A DNA stretch of 64,000 nt. Origin: Anthoceros angustus (taxonomy: Eukaryota > Plantae > Anthocerotophyta). Below, piece by piece: positions 33,281 to 46,067 of the stretch (within the stretch, counting starts at the first letter, position 1; the number at the start of each line of letters is the position of its first letter). Under the pieces are notes generated by a model. It was given only the letters and a program-made list of their open reading frames with translations. It was not told the origin of the DNA and searched no databases. The stretch covers positions 372,001-436,000 of the forward strand of contig VJWM01000126.1 in NCBI GenBank assembly GCA_010909165.1. Direction: 5' to 3'. The translations under genes were made by a program, and so were the position numbers.

Positions 33281-34813
33281 TCACTTCTCCACGAAGGAGA
33301 TACTGAATTGCTGGAAAATTTGGCATGAAGGTGGCATCATGTTTTTCCTCTGCAACAAAGATTTTACCACGGCGCTAGCGTCTTCTTTCCACATGTACAG
33401 ATCATCGACGTCTAACCTACGACACCAATCCTCGACCGCTCTCAGCTCGTCCCCACTCAAGCTGCTCGTTTCACGAAACCCAACTTTCATCATCGGCTGC
33501 AAACGAGTCGGACATGGTCCAGAACCGGTGGAAGCATCACTGCCTGACCCGACAGCATCCCCGCTGCCCGTCCATACTTCGTGATTCAGCACCATGAGCT
33601 GCAACAGGGGAGTTTTATACTGCGCGTCCCGCACCAGAAACCTGTAAGTTGCATCCCCCAGAGTCCTAAACAGGATTTCATTGGCAAGAACCTTTTCAGC
33701 GGTGTGAGACCTGAAAACATCGCCTTTGCTGCCAGTGGCTACGTCTGTTGAGATGTGGCACTTGAGAAGATGCAGCTCGTGCACGGAGTTCCCTTGCTGC
33801 TGAAGAGCTGCGACGGAACCTATCAAAGAGGAACAACTGTGGCACCAGAAGGGAAGCCACCCGCACCCCGCCTGCTCCGCACCTTGCAACCTCACAGCAT
33901 CTCCGGGCAAGCTTTTTCGCACGGCAGCGGTCTCAGGGAGGTCGACCCACAGGTTCGCAGCACGACAGCGGTGGGTGTGACTTTCGCCAAGCTCCAAATC
34001 GTCGAGCCCGCTCACTCCATCATCCGCTTCACCGCATCCTGGATCCACTCCCTCCACATCGCCATTTCTTGATCCATCAACGACCTCCGCCACATCCCTG
34101 GATTCGTGCTCCAACCATGCGGCTATCCGCTCCCTGAACTCCGTTATCCCCGTGAATCCCCCATCTCCGACCACATCCGCAGCATCCACAACGCAGAACG
34201 CAGGCCCGAGGAGGCAGGTCCCTGCGGGAGGAATCAAGGAGCCCCCGCACCGCGCCACCAGCGAACTGGACCTGGCCTTGTCCTCGCAACAGCAGCCACC
34301 GTACCAGTCATCACTCAGCTCCTGCCAGTTCACCGACGGCAGCTCTAGAACGCGCGTGACCGGCGTCTTCATCAGCTTAGCCGAGCACGCTTTGCACCGG
34401 AATACAACCTCCTCCAGCGCCGCCAGCGCCTGCAGATCTGCCTCCAGGCGCAGCGGCGCGATCCTTTCCTCTTTCCCACCCGAGTCCTCCGCCTCCAAGA
34501 CGCTCAGCAGTGCTGACTCCATCGCCAAGAGCTTCAATCTGACATCCAAGTGATCCGCTCTCACTGCCACGCTCGCAGGAGCCAGGTGATCCACCAGGCA
34601 CAACGGCAGCTTCGCCTCCACAACCTCCTCCTCGCCGGACTCCGCGCTCCGCCATCGGCACCTCACAATCGGGGTGCGGGAAGCAGCCGTCACCAGCAAC
34701 CGCGCATCCACGTCTAGGCAGCTCTCGGAGGGAGCGATCCCCGCCTTGGACAAGACCACCCGCAGCGATCGCACCGTTGGGACGGCCTCGAACATCAGCC
34801 GCCAGTCCGCCAT
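33281..34813 (-). CDS. UBE3D: UBE3D / E2C-binding protein (HECT_2 family, Ipa1-like); intronless
   Basis: MADWRLMFE start (an upstream in-frame ATG also lies at 34891), CKAC, ELPSVNWQELSDDWYGGCCC, CHSCSSLIG and MMPPSC..FQQFSISF. Confidence 0.82.
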   Translation of the reverse strand: MADWRLMFEAVPTVRSLRVVLSKAGIAPSESCLDVDARLLVTAASRTPIVRCRWRSAESGEEEVVEAKLPLCLVDHLAPASVAVRADHLDVRLKLLAMESALLSVLEAEDSGGKEERIAPLRLEADLQALAALEEVVFRCKACSAKLMKTPVTRVLELPSVNWQELSDDWYGGCCCEDKARSSSLVARCGGSLIPPAGTCLLGPAFCVVDAADVVGDGGFTGITEFRERIAAWLEHESRDVAEVVDGSRNGDVEGVDPGCGEADDGVSGLDDLELGESHTHRCRAANLWVDLPETAAVRKSLPGDAVRLQGAEQAGCGWLPFWCHSCSSLIGSVAALQQQGNSVHELHLLKCHISTDVATGSKGDVFRSHTAEKVLANEILFRTLGDATYRFLVRDAQYKTPLLQLMVLNHEVWTGSGDAVGSGSDASTGSGPCPTRLQPMMKVGFRETSSLSGDELRAVEDWCRRLDVDDLYMWKEDASAVVKSLLQRKNMMPPSCQIFQQFSISFVEK

Positions 34814-35086
34814 CGCCAATCCTCGCGCTGAGCTCTCAAACCCTAGATCGCGCTCCGAGATAGGCAAAGGGGTACAATGAATAGGATACATTCAAGGGGA
34901 AAAACACACTGGCACGCTTCGCATGCCGTCCGAGGGACCTCATCGCGATGTTCCCGAGAGCAAGCTTGCAGGAAAGAAGCCGTGCTCGAGAGCTCTATAG
35001 CTGATCTATATACAGCTGCTGGGTAGTTAATAGGAGAAGGCTATGAAGGAGAAGAGGAAGGTTGGAAGCATCCTTCCAGAGGGATG

Positions 35087-38083
35087 TCAGCCGTGCGCAA
35101 TAGCTGCTTGAGTCGGCAGAGTGTAGTGCGACACGGTGATGAACTTCTCCGGGTTGCTGGTGTCAGCTCCTCCAGCGTGCTTGACGAAGTCGGCTGGAGA
35201 CATGTGGTTGCCATGGCACTTGCACACGATCCTGATCACCTTCTGGCAGCTGTACAGAGCCCCACAGATGGTCTTTCCGTTGGGGCCAGCTCCGGTGCAC
35301 TGCACCCAAGGGAGGGCTGGAATCTGTCCTGTGCCTCCGAAGGTTTCCCCAGGGGCAATGCCAGGGGCAATCTTGCTGCTGATATTCTCCGGGTTGCCTC
35401 TCTCGGCGGATGCTGCAGCATTGGCAGAGGCATTGCCTGTGACAGCAGAGGCGGCAGCAGAAGCAGAGTTATGTCCTTCACTGCTGGGTTGTTGGGCTGC
35501 TGCTGCACCTGCTCGCTCCATCTCATCTGCATTGCTGGCATCCGCTCCTGCGGTTTCCAGCTGGGTGACGACAGACCCAGCTGACTCCTCCTGCGCAGAT
35601 CCCTCTCCAAGGGCCCTGGGCTGGGCACGCTCCACCTTCACTCCATTTTGTGCCGGAGCCTTGTTCTGCTGCGGGGGTTTGCCCTCTCCTACTTCTATGG
35701 GCTCGCTGGTCATGGACAAGCTGGCAAAAGCACTCCCCACACTTCCCTCTCTCGGCAGGAGTCTCTCCCCTCCCTCGGACATGTTCCGAGGGAGGCCGAA
35801 CTGAGGGGGCACAGAGAAGCCCGACACAGGCCCGTTCCTCATAGGAGCGAAGGCTCCAACGGGCCTCACAGCGCCTGCAGGTGGCCCAACCCGCGCAGCA
35901 TTCCCACCCCTTTCTTCCTCACTAGGAGACGAAGCCCGGCTCCGGCGCTTGTCACTGGACTTGCTTCCTGCAACCAGAACCCAAACACCCATGAGCCACA
36001 TGCTCAAACATCATCCACAGGCAAACCAAACCAAAACACTCACAACCACAACCATGCAAAACATCCCATCACCATTTACCTTGATTCCTCCCACCATCGT
36101 CTTCAGACATCCCGGAAGCAGTCCTGACAATGGACCTGGGGGGCGACACAGCAGCCACAGGGGCGACGGCGGCCGCCTGAGGCCGCACCACCTGTGGCCA
36201 GGGATTGCCCATTTCCGGCGAAGGAAGAAACGGAGCAAACCCAGGGGGGGTCACCAGCAGCTGGTACGGGCCTCCACTCGTTACAGGCATAGGCCGAACG
36301 TCCCCTCCTCCAGGGGCAGGCCCGGGCTGCAGCAAGTAGGGGAAAGGGAAAGGAAACCCGGCAGCATTGGGCGGGATGGGGATGGGGAAGGGATACGGCA
36401 TGTGCATGAAGTTGGCAGGGGGGAACCCCGGAGGCACACCAGGCATGCCAGGCATGCTGGGGTACTGAGCCGCCGTGGGCAAAGAAGAGACCTTCTCCAC
36501 ATTCCTCCCATCATACCTCATCGGACTCCCCTTCCTATCCCCGCCATTCTCACCCACATTGCTCCCCGCCCTCTCATGCTCCACGGACGAGGTCCGCTCC
36601 AGCGGCTCTCTCCGCCGCTGCCCGTGCTCCGAAACCGGCACCGGCCCCACTCCATGCTCCTGCATGAAAGCCACAGCCGTCTGCGGCAGCCCGGGGTTCA
36701 TCATCTGCATCTCCATAAGCTTCTGGAACCATCCCTCCTGGCTCAGCCTAGCGAAGTCTATCACATTCAAAGGCGCACCCGGAGCCGGGCCCGGTGCAGG
36801 AACAGGAATAGCAACACCAGAAGGACCCTGGCCCTGGCCCTGGCCCTGCGCTCCTTCCGAAGCCGGCAGCGGCCGCACAGCCTCCTCCGCCTTCAGCCTC
36901 TGCATATGTATGGAGGACGCTGCATCAGCCTCCTTCTCCTTCCTCTCCTTCCCGTAGATCTGCAGCGCCCGCTTCAGCTCCTGCATCTGCTCCCTCCTTC
37001 CTCCTGCTCCCCGGCAACGGCAGCCGGCCAGGACCCACTCCCCATCCTCCTGAACCCCGCCGCTCCCCGCCGAGCCGGCAGATGCCGACGCCGACGCCGA
37101 CGCCGCGCCCTCCTGGCTGTCTGGCGGTGAAGACACCTCCTTGCAGTTGGAGGCAAGGAAGACGCAGTCTTGAGCGGAGGCGGGTGGAAGCCCGCCTGAG
37201 CTGCTGCGGCTTCCCTCGGGAGCCTCCTCCTCCTTCTTGGCCTTCTTCTGCAGCTTCTGCTCCTGCTGGATCTTGCGCTTCTTCCTGGCCTCCTGCCGCC
37301 GCTGCGCCTGCGCCTGGTTCTTGCGCTGCTGCTCCAGCAGCTGCCGCTGCTGCGGGTCCAGCCCGCCTCCGCCATCTCCGGCCCCAGCCCCGACTGCTGC
37401 CTCTGCAGCGGCAAGAAGCTCCCGCTCAGCCCGCTCGGCTGCAACACCATCCCGGAACCCGGTGCGGCAGCAGGCGCACTCCCCGCCAGCTGCTGCTGCT
37501 GCGCCTGGGCCAACCTCGCCCACACCACGGCGTTGTTTATCACCATAGCCGCGGCCGCATTCTGCTGCAGATCCTGGAAGAACGGTGCCGGCGCATCCTC
37601 CTTCCCCTGCTGCTGCTGCTGCTGCTGTTGCATTGCATGCATGGCCGCGATGTGGTGCATGGCCATCCGCATCTCCTCATCGCTCGCCTGAGGCTGGCTC
37701 TGTTGCTGCTGTTGCTGCAGCAGCTGCTGCTGCTGCTGCTGCTGGCGCCAGGACTCGAACCCGGGCCCCCCGGGTACTAATTTCTCCTTCCCCTCTCCCG
37801 CCACTTTCCCCGCGGGCTCCGGCTTGAAGCTGTCCTTGCCTTTCTCCTCCTTCGGAACGGCTCCCCCCTTGCCCTTGCTCCCGGAACTCCGGCTCCCGAG
37901 GGACAGCCCGAGCGACAATTCCAGCCCGCTGTCCTCCTCCGCCTCCTCCTTCCCGCCATCGCCGTCCCCCTTCCCGTCCCCGCTCACGGCGGCCTGGAAC
38001 CAGTTCGGCCGCGCCGCCTGCTGGATCCACATGCTCCGTTCCCGCTCCCCGTCCTCTCCGTACTGCTCCCCTCCTTCCGCCAT
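35087..38083 (-). CDS. NINJA: NINJA/AFP family co-repressor; one intron at 35968-36079; apparent 1-nt frameshift at ~37363
   Basis: EAR motif LELSLGLSLG; B domain QRRQEARKKRK; C domain LPWVQCTGAGPNGKTICG...IVCKCHGNHMSPADFVKHAGG. Adding one G to a GGG run joins the two ORFs (…MAEAGLDPQQ…). Confidence 0.88.
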
Positions 38084-38599
38084 AGCCAACCTCCCTTCCT
38101 CCCTACTCTTCCTATCCTAACAAGTCTTGTCGACGGATTATCGGTCCCGCAAATGCGGCCGGGAAGCTAAGCCGCGTCTCCCTCCTCCAGATCCGCTACC
38201 AGGAAGCCATCCCGCTCCACCAGCATCGACGTTACAACCCCCACCGTTCTTCCGTCCTTCCCCTCCTGCGGCATCATCTCAACCCGACGCCGCAAGAACT
38301 AAACAACACAACCAAACCCAAAGCTTGCTTCCCCTATCCTTCCCCACCTCTTCCCCTACCCTTCCCTTCACGCTCGATCGTCACGAACGCAACGTCGAAA
38401 GCAGCGGCAGCAGCGACCCCGCCCGAGAGCACATACCAGCAACCCCGCCCGAATGCCCGAACGCTAGGCTGCTGTTAGGTGACAACGCGGGCACGAAAGT
38501 TGCCTTTTCTGCGACAAGCGGGACGCACCGGCCGGGCGGGCTGCACAGGGGGGGGCGGGGCCCGCCCGCCGCGCAGCCGGGTCCCACCTAGCCATCTTT

Positions 38600-39815
38600 C
38601 CATCGTCACGTTTCACTAGCCACTTCCCCCCTGGCGTACATGACTCCAGTTGTCGCCTTCCACACGTTACACATGGATTTTCGCGAACCATCCCGCTACC
38701 GGGTACGGAGACGGACGCGCGTCTCCACAGCTCCGTTACGTTAATTTTAGGGTGCGCCGCGCATCTCATCGCCGCGATGCAGGTCGTCCGTACCGGGAGC
38801 TTCCATCCCGGTCGGTGCAACGTGGAGGTGTTCCCATTGCGGGCTGCCGCTGCCGCCGTGGCCCACGTGCCTGCAGCCCGCCTGACTAGAACCGCGATCA
38901 GTTAAACCCGACCGTACGCCGGGTAGGTGACCGCGGTCCGCGGGGCGGGCGGGCGCCACGAAGGATACATATTTGGCTCGGGTCGTCAAACATCGCCACA
39001 TGTGGCCATGTGAGAACGCAATTCTTATGCTCGGCACGTGGCGGGAAATGTTAGGGCGGGCCGGGGGCGGAAGTATGCCATGGCGCGCCTGGTAGCGGGC
39101 GACGTTAGCGGGAGTCGGGATTCGAACCTGGGCCGAAATTTTGGCAAGTGAAACCCGGCCCTACCGCTCGAGAACGCGAGGTCGGAACTCGGAGCTTAGG
39201 AGTAAAACGATAAAACCGGGTGACGTTTACTCCCAGTCCCGTGTCTCGAGACTCCGTGCACTTTTCGTGGCTGGCTGGCCTCGTTGCATTGTGAAGTAGT
39301 GCGGCGATTGGCGGATTGGTCAGGGCGTGCGCGTCGCGATTGGCAGACCACGGATCGAATCCCGAGCGCGTCGCACTTGCTACCGCTACTTGCCACGATC
39401 TTCGGCGCGGCAAAATATCCCAACCCGGGCCGGGGCCGGGCGGGAACGACTGGCCTACCCGGCGGACCGGGTCGGGGCGGGCCGGGCCGTTGGGCCGCTG
39501 CTGCTGCCGGGGACAGGAGGAGGCACCACGTGGGCTGCGCTGGGATCAAAGGTGCTGTTCCGTGCCGCGTAGCGTAGCGAGCCGGCGGGGCCCCACCCCC
39601 GGGCGCCATACAATACGCCAGTACGTGTACTTGGTAAAGTGTGAAAGCGAAGAAAGAGCGTGTGGAGCGAGCGGCGGGGTATGCTGGTGTTGTAATGTAC
39701 AAGTGGGGGGGAGGCGGGTACACAGTGACTGGCCGGTTTGTCGGCATGGGTACAGTACATTAGTGCACGCCGGAAAGGAGTTCGGGGTGGGGCCCGGCTC
39801 CCGCAACGTGTAAAG
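38600..39815 (-). promoter_or_regulatory. GC-rich upstream region of the NINJA/AFP gene with clustered G-box/ABRE/T-G-box elements
   Basis: CACGTG at 38864, 39035 (CACGTGGC) and 39527. CACGTT/AACGTG at 38607, 38663, 38819 and 39805. TACGTGT at 39622. Palindrome GCCACATGTGGC at ~38995. Confidence 0.55.
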
Positions 39816-40275
39816 CAGGCGGGCCTTATCCGCGCCGGGTCGTAAGGGCTTACCGCCCTGGCTTCAAGGCTGTTGCCTCCGGCGTCCAGGGACTGCCATC
39901 TGTCTCTCCTCCTGCCAAGCAACTTGAATCATGACATGCGCCCGACACCCGGGCCCCGGCCCCGGCCCCGGCAGTATCATGTTTCATCAATCTCGTGTAG
40001 CTACGTAGGTATGTACCTGGAAGCTTCATTGACTGCGGTGTTGTGGTCCTCGGGAGGTCGTTCAAGATGGGAAAAGGGATCGAATTCGAAAAAAAGCGAT
40101 CACGGATCGTGATTGACATATCGGGATCGGCATGGTTCGGTGAGGTGCAAGAAAGAGGCTTCAGGTTTAGATCCAGAGTTTCTACTTATGTACCAAGGTA
40201 TTATAGCTTCCTTATTCCATAATAAGGGTCTACTTGTTACCCAAGCTCAAGATGCTATATGCGGATGTGGTAGGG

Positions 40276-40798
40276 TTTAACATAATCATTGATAAACCTT
40301 CAAAAATCCTTGTCCATGACACCATGAGTCTTGATACCAGGGATGAAAGCATGGCCTTCCTGCATGGGGTGTACTTGGGTAGAGTTTAACATAACCATTG
40401 ATAAACCTTCAAAAATCCTTGTCCATGGCCCCATGAGTCTTGATACCAAGGATGAAAGCATGGCCTTCCTGCATGGGGTGTACTTGTGTCTCGATACTCG
40501 GGGGATGAAAGCATGGCCTTCCTGCTTAGGGCTGGTTTTAACACAACCATTGATAAACCTTGAAAAATCCTTGTCCATGGCCCCATGAGTTTCGATACCT
40601 GGGATAAAAGCATGGGCTTCCTGCATAGGGCCAGTTTAACACAACCATTGATAAACCTTGAAAAATCCTTGTTCATGGCCCCATGAGTCTCGGTACCCAG
40701 GGGATGAAAGCATGGCCTTCCTCGGAGCATGGGGTGTAGTTGTGTCTCGATACATGGAGGATGAAAGCATGGCCTTCCTGCATAGGACTGTACTTGTC
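40276..40798 (-). repeat. Irregular minisatellite (~100-165-bp units, 4 copies) derived from the endonuclease-coding region of a CRE-type retrotransposon
   Basis: Units start at 40276, 40385, 40537 and 40635. The minus strand reads P(M)QEGHAFIPGIETHGAMDKDFSRFINGCVK, matching KYSPIQEGHAFIPFDIETHPAMGKDFFKFIKAC at ~47600-47700. Confidence 0.85.
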
Positions 40799-43700
40799 AA
40801 CCTTTGCTATTACGCATCCCTTATGTATGTACCTAGTCTAGTTGCTTTCTCCAGTTTGGCTATGCATTGTAGCAATAGTGTATAATATTAATATTAATGT
40901 AAGATTAAATTTAATATTACTAAGTATAAATTTAATATTACTAAGTGTCTACGTGGTTCATCAAATTATCATCTATCTCTCCTTATTGCATATCCATCTT
41001 CAGCAATTTGTACATGCTTCTTATGTTCTAATAAGTTTTGGGCTAGGAGCTCAACTAGTTCAACCTCCATGCCTCCAAGCTTAAATACCCCAACAACAAC
41101 ATGAGTTTATTCAGGAGAACCAGTTACAGGAACAAGAGGTCATGAAACCATATGTGTGTAAATCAATTGTGTACTAAATTTGTAAACGGTTGATGGAGTA
41201 GAGATAGTTCAAAGTAATTCTACAAAGTTTTTTTTCTCATGAATAGATCGAGTATGTACATTCTACTTAATTCTAAGGACTCTGAAGAACCTTACAATAG
41301 CGGTGAACCTTAATTGTTGACTACAGCAGCAACCCTTTGAGTCAGAGGTGTATGATAAGGCTTTAAGGCATTTGTAACATCAGTGTGTCTCTGTCATGTA
41401 GCAAGTGTGCCATTGTGCTAATAAATATTTATAATGTGTTTGACAATTGTGTTATGATTACTCAGTGGTTGACGAGAAGATGTAGTTAGTTACTTCTATA
41501 CATGTGGTAGATGTAATACCAAAACAAGGTGAATTGCTAACAGTCTTGGCTATCAGAGAAGCAACGTGGGGCCAATGAGGGAATCAGCTATGTTCACATC
41601 AAACCTCAGGAGGATTGAAAGAATATGAGAGATAAGGAGTGATCTATGGAGGTGGACGTACAAAACGCTGCAACCGGATGAGTTTTGCAGCTGCCAACTA
41701 GTCTTCTATGTGTACCATTCTGTGTAAGCATAAAAGCATTTGCATACTGCACAATATGTGCAAGACGAATGCATGTCAGTGTGCTTCACCAATGTGAGGA
41801 TGCCCAGCACAGCTTTATTGAAGTGAAGAGAAGATGATGATATGCTGCTAATGTGGTAATGTTACAGTGGCATTGTGTGTGAATGTATGCATTTCAGTGG
41901 TGCTTTCATATGTGTGTGCTGGGCCAGAAGATGGTCAAGCTATCAGCGTAAAGTGACAACTTAACACTAAGTTGGTGTATATACGAATTGAAGTTATAGC
42001 AAGTGTCATCAAGTGTAGTTGCAGCGAGTTTTGATTGTGGATTACGAAGGAAGCTAAATCATAAAGACTTGCTAGTCTGTGTGGTCACGTTTGGAGTGCA
42101 AGACTATAGCGAACAAGTGTGGCAGCAACAAGCTTATGCAGTTTGCAGCTTCAGGTGAGCAATAAGCATGCTAGAAGCAAGTCAAGTTCTCAAAATGCAA
42201 CTACCATCACATGTGTGTGAGTGTGTAGCGTCGTCTTTGTGACACTGTGTGACAAAGGCACGACACTGCAGAGATCATATATCAAATGGCTCTAAAGGGC
42301 TTCACAACAAGCAAGTCATCAAGAACCAAGAGTAATTGAGAATGAGTGGTACCTCATCTTCATAATATTCTGAATCGAGGACCACTTAACCAAGGAGTTC
42401 CAATGAGCTCCTAGCTACTATGTCTCTCCTTAAGGGACAACATAATTCTATGAACTGTTAGTACTGTAGCAAGATGTGTATTGAGTAATAATTTCAATAT
42501 TGATTATTATTTATAAGTCATAAATCTGTTTTATTGCACACCTGGCAACACCAAGTCATACATGCTTCATGTGATTCAACCAGCTTTAGATTAGGAGTTC
42601 AACTAGTCCAACCTTCTGCTTTGAAGCTACCCAATTGGATGCCCTTTTGTACTCTTGTATTTTCGTAGATAGATTAGAAATAGTTTATTTTAATTTTTTC
42701 AATTATCCATGTTGTAGCAAAGATGTGCAATAATTTGGATAAATAGGGCGTGATAGGTGATGTAATTCACTTCTTGCTCTCCTACATTTTACCTCTAGGT
42801 CACGCACATGTGGACATAACGTTTGTAAGATTGGTCCTAGGACTTCATCTTGTTCCCTACATCTCGCTGCTATCCGAATCCCTTATCAAGTCCATACAAC
42901 ACACTAAGAGGCACCACAGAAGAAAGATCGCTGCAATACAAGTCTGCGAGAGCAGAGAAAAGGTAGCCCAATTGCGGCCCCATGGAAGCAAAGGAAGACG
43001 ACCAAGATGCAACCCCACAGATGGTAAGGAATCCTGCGACGAACCGCTCATGCATACGAAGATACAAGTAAACATTCTAATCATATGTATATTGCGCGAT
43101 TCATGGATTGCGCAAGTTGTGACACTGAGAACCCCTATGGACGGTTGACCTTCAATTTACCCGATTGGTGATGAGGCTTGTTCATCAAAATATTAAATTA
43201 CCCAAGTAAGAGTTATTACTTGTGAATGTCCAAGTGTGAGTTATTACTTGCGATTTTTTTTGGATCCCAATCGCAACAACAGCCGATGCAACCACAACAA
43301 CAGCCAATACAACCATAATAACAGTCAAAGCAACCACAACAACAACCAATGCAATATAACAAACGCTATTGCATCAGCAAAAGTGCATCAATAATAACAG
43401 CCAATAGAATAACAACAAGTACCGCACCCCACCGCAATGAGAAAAATAATAACTAGACATTCAAGAGAACCAGAGAATGGTACATTACAATGAGAAAAAG
43501 AAGAAACGGGCACATGAGAGAATCTAACAAGACGAGGAGCAAGTTTTCACATCATTAAGTGAGTGTCTGAAAATCCAAAATTAGGATGTACAATGATGAG
43601 GACGTGGTTGCAGTTTTAGATATTTAAAATATCTCAAAGGAAAAAGAATGTAATAAGTCTAGATACAATAAATCTAGACCAATGAAGGCATGCAATACTT

Positions 43701-46067
43701 TTCTTAAATTGTTGGTGCAGCAACAACACTAGTGCCAAATATTTGAATGAAATATTATAGTAGCAACATGCTAGAACTTACTTTGTGCTGTAACATTTTA
43801 TAAAGAACTGTGATATTGCACAATATTGAGTTCTATATTTCTTTATCAAATAATCATGCTTTCCTTCTTGTACCATATCCAGGATAGGATGCCGATGTAC
43901 ACATACTTGTTTAACAAGTGACGAGCAAAAAATGTTGGATGAAGGTATGCTAGCTCAAGGGCTTAAACAACAACGAAAAATTGTTCAGGCCATAGGATAT
44001 GTTTTGGCACAAAAGAATATATAAGAGTACCAAAAGAACTATCATCCGGCCCTATGCAGCAATATCTGCTGCAAATCCCTAGATCTAGCTACTCTGTACA
44101 ACAATAGCTGCTACAAAGCTTTGCGGCAACTACTCTATGCAACAATACCTACTGCAAATCTCTGCGCAAGTAGCTCTACACAAAGCTTGGATCCATCTAC
44201 TTTCTGCTCCTAGTAACCGTGGTGTGCGCACAACAGCAGGTTTGTGCGCACTTGCCATTAGCACTTTTTAGTTTTAAGTCACTCATTTCATGTAAAAATT
44301 TGGTACTTTTTAAACTTAATTAATTTATGTTGTGCTATAGCAATTTATAGAGTTGATAGTGCTGACTAATTCTATTTTCTAAATTACTAGTGCTACATAA
44401 TTTTTTAATCAAATATTATGAATTTCTTCTTGCTGCATATTTAACAAAATTAACGTATATTTGTACTACAAGCTATGAGAAAAGGATCTTGGACGAATCT
44501 TTACGAGGTACTTCAATGAATTCAACAAAAACTAAAATATTGATAAGGAGGAGAGATCCCTTTAAGTACAACACCTAGTATCGTAGGGGGCTAGAGTTTT
44601 TGGTGCCTCATAAAATATTTTCTGTTATTTTAATAGCAAGGTAGTATATATTTTATCACTTTATAGTAGTAATATACTAAACACATATTCTCCTCATCTT
44701 TTCATATTAGATTATAATTCTTGGACTTTAAATTTTTGTGGATATATTTATTGATATCGAGTAACCGGCTTCAGCTGTCCTATTCGCATACGAGTGGTCA
44801 CTAGAAGTTTAGGTACCAGCTGTACTCACAAGCTCATAACCTTACCGGCCTCCCTCGTGCGTTCAATATTCGGCCTTGCCAATTAATACACGTCTAAAGG
44901 TTAGTCGCAGAGACTGGCCACTGCATCTATCGACTACTCAAGCAACCCATGTCATTACCTAGGAATGATGCGATGTGTGTCAAGATATTCTTGGGACTCT
45001 CAAGCAACGGCTATAATCTTGAGCAAATAGTGCCCTATAAATGCAGCGCAGCCCCTAATTAACCATGACCCATCATTTTGGACAGAGACTTGAGAAACAA
45101 CTATGCAGAGTCTTGAGCATTGCTAACAGAATAAGATAATGAGGACGAATAAGACTTTGATTGTGTACGGATCTGGATCCATCCTCACAAGGTCTCTTAC
45201 GCAACATGTTAATGGCATATTCAAATTGCAAGTTTTGTATTTACTAGTCTAGACTCCTCCCGCTCTCAAGATGTAAGGCCCCTACATCTCTAGCGCTTAC
45301 ATACCTATTTTTCATCACTGTGCATGCAATGTTGCGTGTAAGCTCCCAGCTCTCACGTTGTAGGTAATGCTTGTGTTGTTCTCACCTCGTCCAGCTCTTG
45401 TTTCTGTGCAGCTGATGGAAAAGTATGGGTTCGCAAATGGATGTAGCTCGTTCTCTCCTGTGTAGTGTACATGTGTGACAAAGACAAATGGTTGCCTTGG
45501 AACCTCATGTGGATTGGGAGCGCACCAGTATTTATTTGTCGGCATGCCATTGCTTTCATTATCATCATTAATATTCACAATGTGACCTTGCACTTTAGAC
45601 CTCGCACGAGGGAGACCAGCGCGCCCAAACGCTGGGACAATTTAAAAACTTTTTTCTAACAACTAAGGGGATGGCACCGCATCCCACTACAACCGCATGC
45701 AATCAGAATCGTGGAGTTGTTATCTTCCTCGTCCTCATCCTCAATCCTCGACGTTGTCGCCTCCTCGCCTCCCACAACCTCATCCTCATCCCCGAATCCT
45801 TGTTGTCATCGTCATCCTTGTCTCCTCAACCTCATTCTCATCCTCATCCACGAATCCTCGTCGTCGTCGTCCTCATCCTTATCATAAAACAAATAGAGCC
45901 GAAATGAAAAAAAGAGGGGAAGGGGGGGAAGAGGGGAGGGCGGAGATGTCCCCGTGCGAGGTTAATAAAAACTCAAAAACTCCTCCTACATAGTACTCAT
46001 CTAGATCCTCTACCTCTACCTCATCCTCATCCCCGAATTCTCGACATTATTGTCGTCCTCGTCTCCC

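Noticed and set aside
39100-39135. GGGATTCGAACC reverse B-box-like motif
   Set aside because: No accompanying cloverleaf or correctly spaced A-box; likely chance in GC-rich DNA.
40276-40798. CRISPR-like appearance of the repeat array
   Set aside because: There are no unique spacers or cas genes, the context is eukaryotic, and the units derive from a retrotransposon ORF.
41000-44250. Hints of a decayed MULE/CACTA element (Cys-rich fragments, Ulp1-like NNHAFLLV, Q-rich 21-bp repeats at ~43275)
   Set aside because: Too degenerate; no termini or diagnostic catalytic motif can be supported by eye.
44752-45317. Possible solo LTR (TGAT...ATCA with internal TATAAA)
   Set aside because: Only a 4-bp inverted terminus, with no TSD, PBS or PPT.
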